Shown in pieces: positions 40,629 to 54,590 of a stretch of 64,000 nucleotides of DNA (its first letter is position 1; each line of letters opens with the position of its first letter). The notes below the pieces were generated by a model, which saw nothing but the letters and a program-made list of their open reading frames with translations, had not been told where the DNA came from and searched no databases. Location: the NCBI GenBank assembly GCA_951406725.2, contig OX597814.1:105648001-105712000 (forward strand). Reading direction: 5' to 3'. Source of the DNA: Octopus vulgaris (lineage: Eukaryota). A program made the translations under genes and the position numbers.

Positions 40629-42148
40629 GTTATTTTTGGGTTTTTTTTTTTATATTCTTCTCAACGCCCAAAAGACAATCTAGAATGCAACATGGAAAAA
40701 AAAAAGGCACCAAAAATATTTTAACGCTACGAAGTAAATGAATGGTTCCGAAATATAAGAATGTTCGAAACATTCTTTCACCAATAATTAGGTGTCTGTG
40801 TCACTTTTTTGTGTGGGGGAGCAGTGTGCGAGGAGAGATAGATAGATAGAGAGATAGAGAGAGAGAACTGTTAGGGAATTAGTGTATGTAGGAATGTGTA
40901 CACCCTAAGAGCAACAACATCAATAACAGCATCAAGATATGCTAGAAACAGCAGAATGGTATGGCATGGTATTTTCTTCTGTTGCCATTAATATTACGTC
41001 ACTGAAGAATGGGCGTTGTATGTTGTTGTAGCACAATTCTAGAAATAACATTTGTTTATTCGCTTCTAGGCCCTCCTTTAACTTTAGTTAGGGCCACATC
41101 ACTTGAAAACGGAAATAGGTTTTTAATGTCACAAAAACACACGCGCACACACACACACACACACACCACACACACAGGTTATGAATTTCTACGCATCTCT
41201 TGCCAGAATGAAGTTTCTTTACACTGCGTGTGCGTGTGTTTCCGTGTTGTTTTAAGAGGGAGTATCTATGACTATACTATTTCATGTGTTCTAACCCCTT
41301 AAAGTGTAAGTTGACGGAAATGCTGTTACTCTATCTAGCAGGAGAGCGATCTTGTAATGGTTTGATGTGTTGAGGTAGTGGCTGTGTGGTAAGTAGCTTG
41401 CTTAAGTAATGTTCTATGAAATGAAGAAATGTCCTTATAAAATGTTCTTATTGATTAACCTATCTTATCGTTGTCGACGTTTCAATATTTTAAGTTTCTC
41501 GTTTTTTCTTTCATTTTTAGGTAAGTTAACGAATTATCAGAATTGATTGTCAAACCAACCGTGTCTGGTGAGTGATTCGTATGTTTTCTTCTTCAGCAAA
41601 AGATAACAAATTTTGTAAAGGGTGGGGTGGGTGGAGCCGTCTATTTAATCGGTCTCGTTATTTGACTACGGTTTCTTTTATTAGCTCTGGAAGAATAAAA
41701 AGTGAAGCTGACTCGATGTGATATGAACTCAAAACTTCTGGTCATGTGTTTTGACAAAATGCCTTATATTCAATTGCCATGACTGTTTTTTCTTAATTAC
41801 TCGTCAAGAAATCAATTTTTTAGCCGATCCCAGATATTGTGTGCTAGAAATAAGAAAGCGCAGAAAAAGTTTTGTTTACGTCTTTCAGGACATAGTGTCA
41901 TGAGTTCGGATCCTGCTGAAGTCAACTTCTTTCAGCATACCGGGGTAGACGAACAAATTTGAATTCTACACCCGTATTGGCCTTATTGTTTTAGCGACGT
42001 TTCAAGTCTCCAGATTCATGGTTACATTCTCATCTGAGTTCACGTCCTGCCGAGATCGGATTTGCCATTCATAATTGTGTAGTTGAGGATTTGGTAGACG
42101 GAAACTGGAAGAAGCCAAGGGCGAAGGATGGGGAGCGACAATAGAGGC

Positions 42149-42393
42149 ATAATAATAATAATAATATTAACAATAATAATAATAATAACAATAATAATAA
42201 TAATAACAATAATAATAATAATAATAATAACAATAATAATAATAACAATAATAACAACAATAATAATAATAATAACAATAATAATAATAATAACAATAAC
42301 AACAACAATAATAATAATAATAATGATAACAATAATAATAATAATAATAATAACAATAATAACAATACTAATGATAATGATAATAATAATAAT
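42149..42393. repeat. (AAT/AAC)n microsatellite
   Basis: Direct inspection. Confidence 0.95.
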
Positions 42394-42659
42394 AGTCAAA
42401 TACTGGGACCGATGTAATCAACTTGTCTCCCCCTCACAAATTGCTGGGTTTGTGCCAAAATTTGAAAGAATTATTATTTTCTGCGTTTTTCTGTTTAATT
42501 TTCTTTTAAATTATAATTATGATCTTCGTTCTCGGTCTTCCTAGCTTTGAATCAAAGCTTGGAAATAAATTGGTTGTGTGTGAATACATACATAGATGAA
42601 GTGTAATAAAAGAAAAGAAAGCGGAATTGTGTGTGTGTGTGAGTAGGTATGTGGGTGTA

Positions 42660-42669
42660 TCAATTTATG

Positions 42670-42713
<44 letters not shown>

Positions 42714-42756
42714 TTATGTGTGTGTGTGTGAAAGTACGCGTATGTGGGTGTATCAA

Positions 42757-42808
<52 letters not shown>

Positions 42809-43157
42809 TATATTATATTATGTATGTATTATATGTATATATATGTATGTATTATATATATATATATGTATGCATTATATATATATGTATATATATATGT
42901 AATATATATGTATATTATATATATATATATGTATGTATTATATATATATATATGTATGATTATATGTATATATATATGTATGCATATATATATATATTAT
43001 GTATTATATATATATGTATGTATATATATATGTATGTATTATATATATGTATATATTATATATATGTATGTATATATATATATATGTATGTATTATATAT
43101 ATATGTATGTATGTATTATATATATATGATATGTATATATATATATATGTATGTATG

Positions 43158-43189
<32 letters not shown>

Positions 43190-43815
43190 TGTATGTATTA
43201 TATATATATATGTATGTATTATATATATATGTATGTATTATATATATATATGTATGTATTATATATATATATGTATGTATTATATATATATGTATGTATT
43301 ATATATATATGTATGTATATATATATATGTATGTATTATATATATATATGTATGTATTATATATATATATGTATTTATTATATATATGTATGTATTATAT
43401 ATATATATGTATGTATTATATATATATGTATGTATTATATATATGTATGTATTATATATATATATATGTATGTATTATATATATATATATGTATGTATTA
43501 TATATATATGTATGTATTATATATATATGTATGTATTATATATATATATATATATATATATGTGTATATATATATGTATATATATATATATATGTATGTA
43601 TATATATATATATATATGTATGTATTATATATATATATATATTATTATATATATATATATGTATGTATTATATATATATATGTATGTATTATATATTTAT
43701 GTATATATTATATATATATGTATGCATGTATATATATATGTGTGTGTGTGTATATATATGCGTGTGTGTGTATATATATGCACATATATATGTAAGTATA
43801 TGTTTGTGTATGTAT
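42660..43815. repeat. ~1.1-kb (TA)n-TGTATGTAT higher-order microsatellite
   Basis: Direct inspection; source of the 369-aa artefactual ORF. Confidence 0.95.
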
Positions 43816-44129
43816 AACTGCATGTGATGTGTCTGTGTGTTTGTGTGTGTCTACGATGAAAACGTTTTTAAAAAGTGAAAAATTGTGAAGAAACTAAAGG
43901 TGAACAGCTGGTGAAAGATGAAAGTAGGAAGTTTTGGAAGGAAATCATAACAACCAGAAGTAAAAGAGGGGAAAATAAAGAAATAATGAAAAAAAACCAG
44001 AAACAATGATTGCACCAAACTCTGGCATGACAAACACATCAAAGGAAAGTCGATTAGCAAAATAGTTATTTTGTTGTTATGAAGGGAAGGCGAGAGTGAA
44101 GAGAGTGAAATTTCTTTGTGGCTGGTTGG

Positions 44130-44183
44130 TGTCTTGGTATCTGTTACCTAAGATTGTCTTGGTATCTGTTACCTAAGATTGTC
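44130..44183. repeat. 25-bp perfect tandem duplication
   Basis: TGTCTTGGTATCTGTTACCTAAGAT x2. Confidence 0.9.
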
Positions 44184-45643
44184 AAAACATGGCGGCTCTT
44201 GGACGGATTTGGTTAGAAAAATAACATTTGATGAGGGAGAGAAGTAGTGGTGGGGTGGGAAAGGTGGAATTCTTTTCTGAAAATTCAAGGAAACTAGGAA
44301 GACAATAACTAGTTAGCTAACAGGGGGAAGAAGTGTTTTACCGGTTGAGGCGCGGGGTGTTTGGTTGGTTGGTGGCATGTTTTGCTAATAAGAGTCACGC
44401 TGTCTTTCATGGAGGGTTGATACATAACGCGTCTGGGGAAGCTAAAAGGCGTAGAAAGATTACATTTCTGATCCCAAGCCACGTGGAACCGACAAGATGA
44501 CGAATGGCATCGATATCCCTCATTTTACACTTCTCGATTCTGGCAAATTGAAATTACCTTTCATCCTCAGCAATCGATAAAGTAGCACCTGCTATATTCT
44601 AATTGATTTCGAGTTTTTATTGATTTTATCTCGAGGAAGGTGTCATGCCCATAGCCTTTACAGACCCTCCAAGAGGAGTGAGACCGATGACTTTACGGTT
44701 TCTTTTGAAAAGTTGCTAATTAACAAGATAAACGGATGTAGGAAACCGATTCTGTTTAATACCGCTGGAAAAATAAGAAAAAAATCCTTTATGTTCCTGT
44801 ACGATAAGCTACCTGCAAATATTTACCAACTGATCCAGTTTTGTAATAAGGTTTAACTATAATAAAATTTAACCATTTTCTGTAACTAGTGTCAGTTCCA
44901 GTTCTACCGTTATTGTCAGCTTTCGTATATATTTATAAGTATACACACCAATTATACAGAGTTGCTAGGTAAATAGTAATTCTATTCCATACAGTATATT
45001 ACTAAAGTAAAAGATTCATATATGGACAGAATAATTAATAATGAACATAGAATTATAATGAACATCGCCTCTGAGCTACACAAAGGAAAGAGAGCCTCTG
45101 TAGAGAGAGAGGTTGCACGACATGTTAGAAATAGCAGATATATTTGTATCATATTACACCCTGCCGCCCTACAGAAAGAAGAACACGAAGAAAAGCGTAG
45201 TTTAGAGTAGCATACCTAGAAAAAAACGATGGTCATACCTAGAACATAAGCGTGATCAAATATGTTCAGTCAGGGCCGACCTAAGGTTAAAAACCACAAG
45301 AGTAACAACCACCAGAGAGTGTCTGTGTATCTGCAAGCCTAGTTTAGTATTTCATCTAATCAATTTTAATGTCAATGGTGGTCAACCTCACTGATGTTAT
45401 ACATGGACATTTTTATTGTCATACAGCCGTTTCGCCTAAAGATGTCCATGATGTTATGACTGAACCGACTTTTTAACATTCAATGAATATTATCAATATC
45501 TTGCCTATTCACTTTTAATATGTTCTGGCAGATTTGAACGTGAATATGCTGATCGCTGTTGTTTTTCGCCACCAGACAACACCTCCTCTCTTTAAGCGAT
45601 GTGTGCTTAAATCAAACGCAGTTCACCAGGATAAGGGGATTAC

Positions 45644-45770
45644 CGCGTGGTTTTGGCGTCGTTGTGGGTGGCACCGCAGTGAAAGCTATCTTGCCATCAT
45701 CTCGCAAAAGCATGATTTGTTGTTTGTAGGAAACAACAAAGAAATCATTCGACGATGCAGGTGCAAATGT
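45644..45770 (-). CDS. Candidate internal exon (127 nt), unknown gene
   Basis: Acceptor atctgttttggcag, donor CGCG|gtaatc, only one frame open: TFAPASSNDFFVVSYKQQIMLLRDDGKIAFTAVPPTTTPKPR. Confidence 0.3.
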
Positions 45771-46159
45771 CTGCCAAAACAGATAATAACTCATATGAAA
45801 CACGTTGGAAATTTAGAGGTACGACTTGTGTCCACTTTTAAAAAAGCATAGAACAAGGGAAGACTAAGAAACAATGCCGAAGAAATTTTCGTATTCGGTA
45901 TGACAGCTTCAAACCTCACGTTAAGGAACCTTGCTATTTACTGCCATTTTCTATTGGGTTCCATGACTGGGCACTTCCAAAATTTATCACCATTCGTTGC
46001 AAGTGGCCAACTTTGAATATCCTGCTAGGAGGTCACCTAACAAAAATATAAAATCGTTAAGAGTGGTAACAACTTCCCTTATTTTACTTTCCGAATTAAA
46101 TTTTTGGTTACACGGAACAGGAGCTCGAAGGGTATAAATTGGCCACGGGAAATATTTAT

Positions 46160-46367
46160 TCTTTCTTTATTACTTGTTTCAGTCATTTGACTGCGGCCAT
46201 GCTGTAGCACCGCCTCTAGCCGAACAAATCGACCCCAGGACTTATTCTTTATAAGCTTAGTGCATATTCTAACGTACTCTTTTGCGAAACAGCTAAGTTA
46301 CGGAGACATAAACACGCCAACATCGGTTGTCAAGAGATGGTTGGAGGTCAAAAACACACACACACAG

Positions 46368-46405
<38 letters not shown>

Positions 46406-46560
46406 ATACGACGGGCTTCTTTCAGTTTCCGTCTAAATTCACTCACAAGGCTTTGGTCGATCCGAGGCTATAATAGAAGAGACCCAATATACTATGTAGC
46501 GAGACTGAACCCGGGACAGTGTGGTTGGGTAGCAAGCTTCTTACCACACAGCCACACCTA
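46160..46560 (-). mobile_element. SINE family B, near full-length
   Basis: Reverse complement of 1939-2378. Confidence 0.85.
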
Positions 46561-47496
46561 TTTGAAAATATTATTTTAAAATATTCTGCAGATGGAATGA
46601 ATGCTCTTCATCGTAGCACGTTTCATATCTAACCTCCTGTAGTTATTTCTACTACCCGCCATTTATAGACAGAGGCGCCTTTTATCATTATAACTCCGTT
46701 ATACATATAAGGTATATGCAATCATCTGTAGAAATATCGATCTTTATTGTCAAATGTTAAGTCTGGAGTTTTAACTGTTAACTTTTAAGACAAAGAGTGG
46801 AGTTCACTTGTGAAGAGGAATGAAGTAGTAATGAAGCTTCATGAAAACATCTTTGAGAGTTTCAATAATAATAAATGATAATAATAATGACGATGATAAT
46901 AATAATAACAGTAATTTACCAACCACAATAATATTATCGAAAAAAAACTTTTTAAAATATGAAGCGAAGAAATTATGGCGAACCGTTTAAAGAAAAAGAA
47001 AAAAAACAATCACCAAAATCTGAAATGGTCTTGATGTTCTTATGGCTGGCATCTATTTCTGTATTTTTGGCTGTTTTGATCTTATCGATTTTATCGAATA
47101 AAAAAACAAAAAACAAAAAAAAAACCCATTAAAAATGTAATAGTATATAATAAATAAAAAGAAAAAAATACTTCGAAATTACCATGATAGAAATAGTTTT
47201 AAGACCGTCATTTTGTAGCGAAATCTTTTCAAAACGATTTTGAATAGTTTTACTTACTCAGCTTCCATATTTCTCATCTCTTTAGAATTTATTCTTTATT
47301 ATTTTTATGTTTTGTTATTTTGTACTTTTACTTTTTTGTTTTTTTCATTTTATTGCTTGTTTTTTGTTCGATTATGTGTTGTTTTTTTTTCTTATACTTT
47401 ATCTAATTTATTCAAGATTTATTTCTTTTTAAACTTCTTTTCAGTGAGCGATTAGATTTATAACTTCACATTTTTTTGGGAACTACATTCACACAT

Positions 47497-47532
<36 letters not shown>

Positions 47533-47814
47533 ATACACAGGTACATATACTTTTAATGATTACAACTGTTGCGAACAAATTGACTAAAACATGTCATTTA
47601 TTGGTTCTTTATCTTTATATATATATATATAAAAAGCAACAACAACAATAAGCGCCATTTGATCTATCTCTAATGATATATGTCTGCGAAGTTCTCCACA
47701 AGAATACGGCAGCAGCAGCAGCAGCAGCGATGATAGGAATGATAGGATGGTAAATGGAGAAAGAAAGGTCGAAAGTAAAAAGTAACAGACGATGAAAAAA
47801 TTCCAAACAATAAA

Positions 47815-47815
47815 T

Positions 47816-47880
<65 letters not shown>

Positions 47881-47913
47881 TACATACATATAAAATATAT
47901 ACGTACCTATAAT

Positions 47914-47948
<35 letters not shown>

Positions 47949-47957
47949 TACACTAAT

Positions 47958-47988
<31 letters not shown>

Positions 47989-47998
47989 CGTACCTATA

Positions 47999-48069
<71 letters not shown>

Positions 48070-48110
48070 GTACCTATAATACATATATATATATATATAT
48101 ATATATACAC

Positions 48111-48155
<45 letters not shown>

Positions 48156-48256
48156 GTACCTATAATACATATATATATATATATACGTACCTATAATACA
48201 TATATATATATATATAATATATACAATATATATATATATGTATATATATACATATA

Positions 48257-48294
<38 letters not shown>

Positions 48295-48300
48295 CATATA

Positions 48301-48331
<31 letters not shown>

Positions 48332-48382
48332 TATATATACATACACAAACATACAATATATTATATATATGTATATATATAT

Positions 48383-48421
<39 letters not shown>

Positions 48422-48478
48422 CAAATATGTATATATACTTATATATATACATACATGTACATATATATATAGAGAGAG

Positions 48479-48523
<45 letters not shown>

Positions 48524-48535
48524 TGTATATATACA
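47815..48535. repeat. Compound microsatellite with (TA)n-CGTACCTATAATAC units and (GATA)n
   Basis: Direct inspection. Confidence 0.92.
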
Positions 48536-49385
48536 TATTTCTGTATATCCATTTAATTCTAGATATACGTGTATACAAACTTAGGTGTAATACTCTCACA
48601 CAAAGAAAGACTGCTTCACCCACACACATCTCTCTCTCTCTTTTCTCTCTCTCTCACACACATATAAAGAGAGAGAGATAGAATCACAAGAACAATGTGC
48701 CAAGAAAGAAAATATAAGAGACTAAATTGAACTTTAAGAAGAAAAAGAAAATCTATTGTAAATATTATAATCTTTGGAAAAATGAAAAGTAAAAACGAGA
48801 TGAGATATTTATAATAAAGTAGTTTCAATTGGGAAGATAAACGAAATATAAATGGCGAGGAAGAGAAGAACGTGTGGCAAGTAATGGCGGCCGAGTAATT
48901 CGTGGAGGTAAGCGGCCAGGAGACGGTTTATTGATGAAATAATTTGAAGAGAAAATTTTATTCTGTAGGGCGATTTGTAAATGTAATGGGGAAGAAAAGA
49001 TAAAGATGGGGAGAGCATAAAGAAGAGACTGAGGTAGAGTGAAGGAAAATATTTGGAAATGGTGAAATGTTGAGTAATGAAAATAGGCGATGATTAGATG
49101 GGCGAGCAGACGATAATGAAGAGTGTTGAAGTTGCGAAGAAATAGGAAAATGAGAACTCTTATACAAATCGGTCATTCTGAGTCAAGTTGGAACCATTTG
49201 CTTCCAGACAAGCAACAGACAATACGACTACTGGTGTCTGCTGAGGATACGCGTACATAAACAAACACACTCATGCACAAACACGCACACACGCACGCAC
49301 AGACACGTGTGTGTGTCTGTGTGCAATTTTATGAATGCATATACGTATATATATACATATACATATATATATATATATATATATA

Positions 49386-49693
49386 CGAGGGTGAGTCAAA
49401 AAGTAATGCCATTTTGTTTAGGACCGGTATAATTACCAACACACATACGTGTATCATACATCAAAATGAAGCTGGTCCTCTGTGGATCGCATCCCTACTC
49501 CTCAACATAGTCACCGTTTCTCTCAGTAGCAATGTTCCACCTTCGAATGAGAGCATGTATCCCTGTCCTGTAAAATTCTGTTGACTATTCTTTGAGCCAC
49601 TTCTTCACTACAGTTTTCACTTCCTCGTCACTGGACTATAATCTCTTCGACCCCATGAAAGAGGGTTTGAGAGGCAAACATTTTTCCAGTGAC
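49386..49693 (-). pseudogene. Mariner transposon 3' end: TIR plus decayed transposase C-terminus, with a small inversion
   Basis: TA-CGAGGGTGAGTCAAAAAG TIR; minus strand 49495-49635 gives SSDEEVKTVVKKWLKE*STEFYRTGIHALIRRWNIATERNGDYVEE*; plus strand 49634-49693 gives DYNLFDPMKEGLRGKHFSSD. Confidence 0.88.
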
Positions 49694-50223
49694 AAAAGTG
49701 CTAAATACTTTCTAAATATATTTCATGAAATATTGAGCTTTTCGTCACAACTCTGAGAACTGGTCTGCCCACTGCTGGGCACAGATCCACTGCATCTGTT
49801 TGAAAGTTTTTTTTATTGATCAGTTCTCTATAAGTCTGAGTATTCTTTCACTTAGAACTCGCTGAAATATAGGTTCGCTCTGGTTAGACTCATGTAACTT
49901 TGACCCCCTTCACAACGGTCATCTCAAGTTGATGTCTAGTCGCATTCGAGTGGCATAGCTTTACATGTTTAGACAGTTTTGGCACAACCCGCCAAGAACC
50001 GTTCCTGGTTCTCTGACACAGACTTCATATTCTAAAGTAATTTAAGTCAACTACTAGCAAAATTTCATTTTAATTTGTTCTACACACCAGCTTAATGGCT
50101 GCAGAGCTAGTCTACTAAATTCTACATTAATTTATAAATTTATTGAAATGAAGACGATATATTTTAGCAGAAATATTGTAATGAAATTTTTATACTGTAA
50201 CTTACATATGCACGCACGCACGC

Positions 50224-50259
<36 letters not shown>

Positions 50260-50898
50260 TCCATCTGCTTATTTTTCCATCTTTTTCTATGTAAACATAA
50301 GCCTATGAGAACATTTCTCTGTTTCTGGGAGTAAGTGTGTCTTTAGAAGCCAGGTTCCTGCTTTTAGATTAAATTTTATTTTAACCGTGTTGTAGCAAAG
50401 AAAACCAATGCGCCGACGAGTAATTTTAGAAGATGGCGCACAGCGGGCGCGAATTCGGAATCGGATCTTCGCCTAGATCCGATGTTCTTACGACTCACTT
50501 AACCATGCATGCACCCGTTGTGTGTGTGTGTATGTGTGTGTATGTGCGTGTGTGTGTGTGTGTGTATGCATGTATGTGTGTGTGATGAACGAAGGAGTGA
50601 AAAATAGACAGATGACTAGTGAAATATATATCCTCTTCACCATCACCATCACCCCCACCCCCACTACTCTCATCGCCATCACCATCATCCTCATCATAAC
50701 CATCGCCTTACATCTGGCAGATGTGAACTGACTCCTCCTAAGTCTGTCTCCATCTTGGCTTTTCTTGAACAAACATGTAATATCTCACCTCACTGATTCT
50801 GCACCCAAAGGACCAACGTCTGTTTCCTTATAGGAATAAAACATGTCAGGTTTCAGCATCCTCACCCTCCTCTATGGAGCTCACACACACATACATGC

Positions 50899-50991
50899 TA
50901 AAGTGTCCTTTGTGAGGAATCTTTGTCATGGTAACAACACATTTGACAGCATCACAGTGAAGATTACTCACAAATTTCTTTCGCATATATA
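50899..50991 (+). repeat. Second copy of the 93-bp segment at 4905-4997
   Basis: Identical sequence. Confidence 0.92.
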
Positions 50992-51358
50992 GAGTTATAT
51001 ATAAATTATATACACCCTTGTATTGACGCTTTCATCGCTGAGTGTGTGTGTGTGTGTGTGTTGTTATAGTTTTATTTGTTGGTGACAGAGATGGAAATAG
51101 TAAGATTTTAAAAATAGCCCAAAATAAACAAATGGTCGAGAAAATCTGTTTCAGTAGAAGTAAAAAGAAAGAAGACAGAAGAAGTTCAGAGAGAAGAATA
51201 AAGAAATGAAACCAAATTCTGAAAGTTAGAAGAGATTCTACCAAAATTAAAAGATTGTCCGCACATCCCTGTACTTTACACCTTTGCTAGAAGGCCGTGC
51301 TTTACGACTCCCACACACAAAGACTCATCTCTCACTCTCTGTCTCTCTTTCCGTTGGC

Positions 51359-51404
<46 letters not shown>

Positions 51405-51407
<3 letters not shown>

Positions 51408-51640
51408 GAAAAATACAAACTGGGACAAGAACGAAAAACATTTAGAAGACGATACAAAAAACACGGACGGGACATTCAAAGCCTTCAATCTTCAGTCAAG
51501 AACCGGATCATCCTATCAGCCGAAATTGCTAGGATGATCCGGTTCTTGACTGAAGATTGAAGGCTTTGAATGTCTCGTCCGTGTTTTTTGTATCGTCTTC
51601 TAATTGTTTTACGATCTTGTCCCAGTTTGTATTTTTCTAC
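51405..51640. mobile_element. 236-bp fold-back element in (TA)n
   Basis: ~110-bp arms with few mismatches around a 14-nt loop (51516-51529). Confidence 0.8.
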
Positions 51641-51847
51641 ATATAATATATATAGCGCCGTCCGTACCCTCTTTGACTTTATGTAAGTATATATATATAT
51701 ATATTATAGATAGATAGATAGATATGTATATGTATACATATGTATGTATGTATATATGTGTTTGTATATGTATATATATGTATGTATATATGTGTGTGTG
51801 TGGTCCAACAGTACCTGCCTGGATATGTCACTCCTACCAATTCACAA

Positions 51848-51901
<54 letters not shown>

Positions 51902-52448
51902 GTGTGTGTATGTATGTGAATGCGTACCCGCATGTAAGGAGGTTTATATACCATCCTGGGATATGGATACACACACACACACACACAAAATGATAATTAC
52001 AGTCATACTCGATTGCAATGTGTCTGACGCACGTTTCTGCTGTATCGGCATCTCGTAATTGCATTTGCACTCGGTGACATTCAACTAGTTTCATGTCTAT
52101 GCAACTTTATTGAAGTTCTCGCCACTGACGTGGTCTGAAGCTTCAGAGACGAGCGTCTGACACACTGAAATCAAAAACGTCGCATAATTGACTGAAGGGG
52201 AAAAAACAAAAAAAAACATGCAAATGTGCTAATCTCCGTATTCATTGTTATTGTCTAGGATATCCTCTCGGTAACAATTCATAATCTAGCGAAGCGAACC
52301 TAGGTGAAATTCATTGCTATTCTTACGTCAAATAATACCAAGTGCTCATTATCCTGCGATGCGGCTAGCCATTATCTGGGTTATAAGTAAGTGTTCGAAC
52401 GGTACCTGCCTTGATACATTACTCCTACCTCATTACTCCTACCTGCCA

Positions 52449-52480
<32 letters not shown>

Positions 52481-52699
52481 CAACATCACCATCCCCGTCA
52501 CCTAGCCTACAATAAGTCACTCCTCTTGCACTTCTTATGTTAATCCTTTTCCTATCTGTTCCTCACTGTTTCTACCCCCTCCCCCTTTCCCTCTCGCTAC
52601 ACTGTAAAGTGTCACAAGAGAAATCAACCAATTAACGCTTATATCGCCTATTAATAGTAATATATTCAGGTACTTCCGGTTTCTGCATGTTGTGATTTT

Positions 52700-52835
52700 C
52701 ACATTCCGCCAAGGTCGACTTTGCCTTTCACCTATTCAGTCTTAATAAACAAGGTACCAGTTGAGCACTGGGGTCGATGTAATCGTCCTCCACACCTCTC
52801 AAAATTACTGGCCTTGTGCCAAAATTAGAAATAAG
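52700..52835 (+). mobile_element. SINE family A, diverged fragment
   Basis: ATTCCGCCAAGGTCGACTTTGCCTTTCA...GGGGTCGATGTAATCG. Confidence 0.7.
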
Positions 52836-53292
52836 TATATTGACTTAATTTAAAAGTGAATTATGTTAATATTGCATTAGAAGTGCAGACAATAATTTGT
52901 CAAAATAAATATATTGAAAGTTTAGTGTAATATTTTAGTTGTTACAATTACTAGGGACTATACGTTTGTTTGGAGAGTGGGGACCTAATAAATTTGGCTA
53001 GCAACCCAGCCCATGTCCTAGGGCCGTAGGGTGTCTACTACTGCCCTATTTCATCTCTCAATCTGACAGCAAAAGCAGCCGAACGTTCGTCAGATCAGCA
53101 GTCACACCTGAAATAAGAGAAACCCGCATTAGATTATATCGTCAACTAAATACAGACCGAATGGATGGTCATGGTTGGAAAATCTTTATGTCTGTTTGAT
53201 CACGGATCACCTGGATGTGTTCGACAGAATATCAACACGATCATGAACACTCGTGATGACCAAGTGATAACATACAACACTATTATCATTTC

Positions 53293-53377
53293 GTCCGTCA
53301 TTGTTGACAATGACAAACGACCACACAAGAGAGAAGACGACGAAGCACAACGTGTCCGGCTGTGACCAGTCAGTCTG
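53293..53377. promoter_or_regulatory. Inverted homologue of the 3788-3872 motif; palindrome GTCATTGT-TG-ACAATGAC
   Basis: Alignment to 3788-3872; function inferred. Confidence 0.4.
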
Positions 53378-53548
53378 ATGTCGGACACTGGACGTCTGCC
53401 GGGGCTGAAGGCAAGGAGTTGGCATTACGCGTTTTCTTTGTGCCCCATGCAGTCCTCTTCTGTTCGTATAACGTGGCACCTCTCTTGGTGTAGCTTCGCC
53501 AGGCAGGACGCTCTTGGCATACAACACCTCCACCACCAACAACAACGT

Positions 53549-53923
53549 GGAGGCTCAATGGCCCAGTAGTTAAGGCAGCGGACTCGCGGTTTGAGGATCG
53601 CGGTTTCGATTCCCAGACTGGGCGTTGTGTGTGTTTATTGAGCGAAAACACCAAAAAGATCCACGAGACTCCGGCAGGGGTTGGTGGAGACCTGTGTTGT
53701 ACTCTTTCGCCCCAACTTTCTCTCACTCTTTCTTCCTGTTTATTGTCCCCGACTTCCTACGCAACCGCTGAGTCTGGATGCGCATTCATCCATCCATCGA
53801 TGCTCTCGGTGTCGAAAGTTGACCTGCTTTCTCTTCTGCGGGTCTTACGAATAGCAAAGGACCACGTTTCGGACTTCTCCCGGGGCGCGATCTTGCGAGC
53901 TCTGGGACGAAGACCGCTTCGCT
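53549..53923 (+). mobile_element. tRNA-derived SINE, family D (possibly tRNA-Arg-like head), full-length with structured 3' tail
   Basis: TGGCCCAGTAGTTAAGG and GGTTTCGATTCCC boxes; 3' hairpin TCCCGGGGC/GCTCTGGGA; (CAAA)n tail. Confidence 0.82.
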
Positions 53924-54536
53924 CAACAAACAAACAAACAAACAAACCACCAACAACAACAAAGACAATAATGAAAACAATTGTGGAAGCAATAACAACA
54001 ATAAAAAAATATATCATCACAGGTTTAGCCATCGTTGTATTTGAGAGGGAAAAAAATTACTTCGTTTTGTTAATATGGAGTAATTTTGTATTCATGTGTG
54101 ACACGACCTGTGATTGTGAGGGGCGTTTTTATGGTTGCGTGTGTATTTGTTTATATGTATATCTTAACACACACGCACACACGTATGTATCTGCTACTGT
54201 TTCTCTGACTCTTTGCTCTGTCAACATTCTTCTTCTTCTTTTCCCTACTGCTATGACCTTTAAATATTTGATAGTTTCACACGGTGTTGTTCTTCCTCTT
54301 GGCCTCACACAACAGTGTCGCCATATTATCATCTCGCAACCAGGACGTCAATCAGAAAGCTGACACCGTTTCGCCAAATTGATATGATGATATGATCCTT
54401 TTCCTTTACGTATCATCATCTCTCTTTGCCCGCCGCTCACGCATAGGCTCCCATACGCACACAGTCTGTTCTCTGGTGTATAACTATGTCAAAGATCAGT
54501 TTGTGTGTACGTATATATGTATATATATGTCTGTGC

Positions 54537-54590
<54 letters not shown>

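Noticed and set aside
42718-43827. 369-aa ORF and the many other Y/I/C/V/H/T-rich ORFs
   Set aside because: Translations of dinucleotide and tetranucleotide microsatellites that happen to lack stop codons
51516-51570. Type II hammerhead in the centre of the palindrome
   Set aside because: GAAA and CUGAAGA are present, but stems I and III do not pair adjacent to the core
53549-53625. Functional tRNA gene
   Set aside because: Continues into a SINE body with no poly-T terminator; other decayed copies are present
53629-54363. 244-aa ORF
   Set aside because: Runs through a SINE and simple repeats
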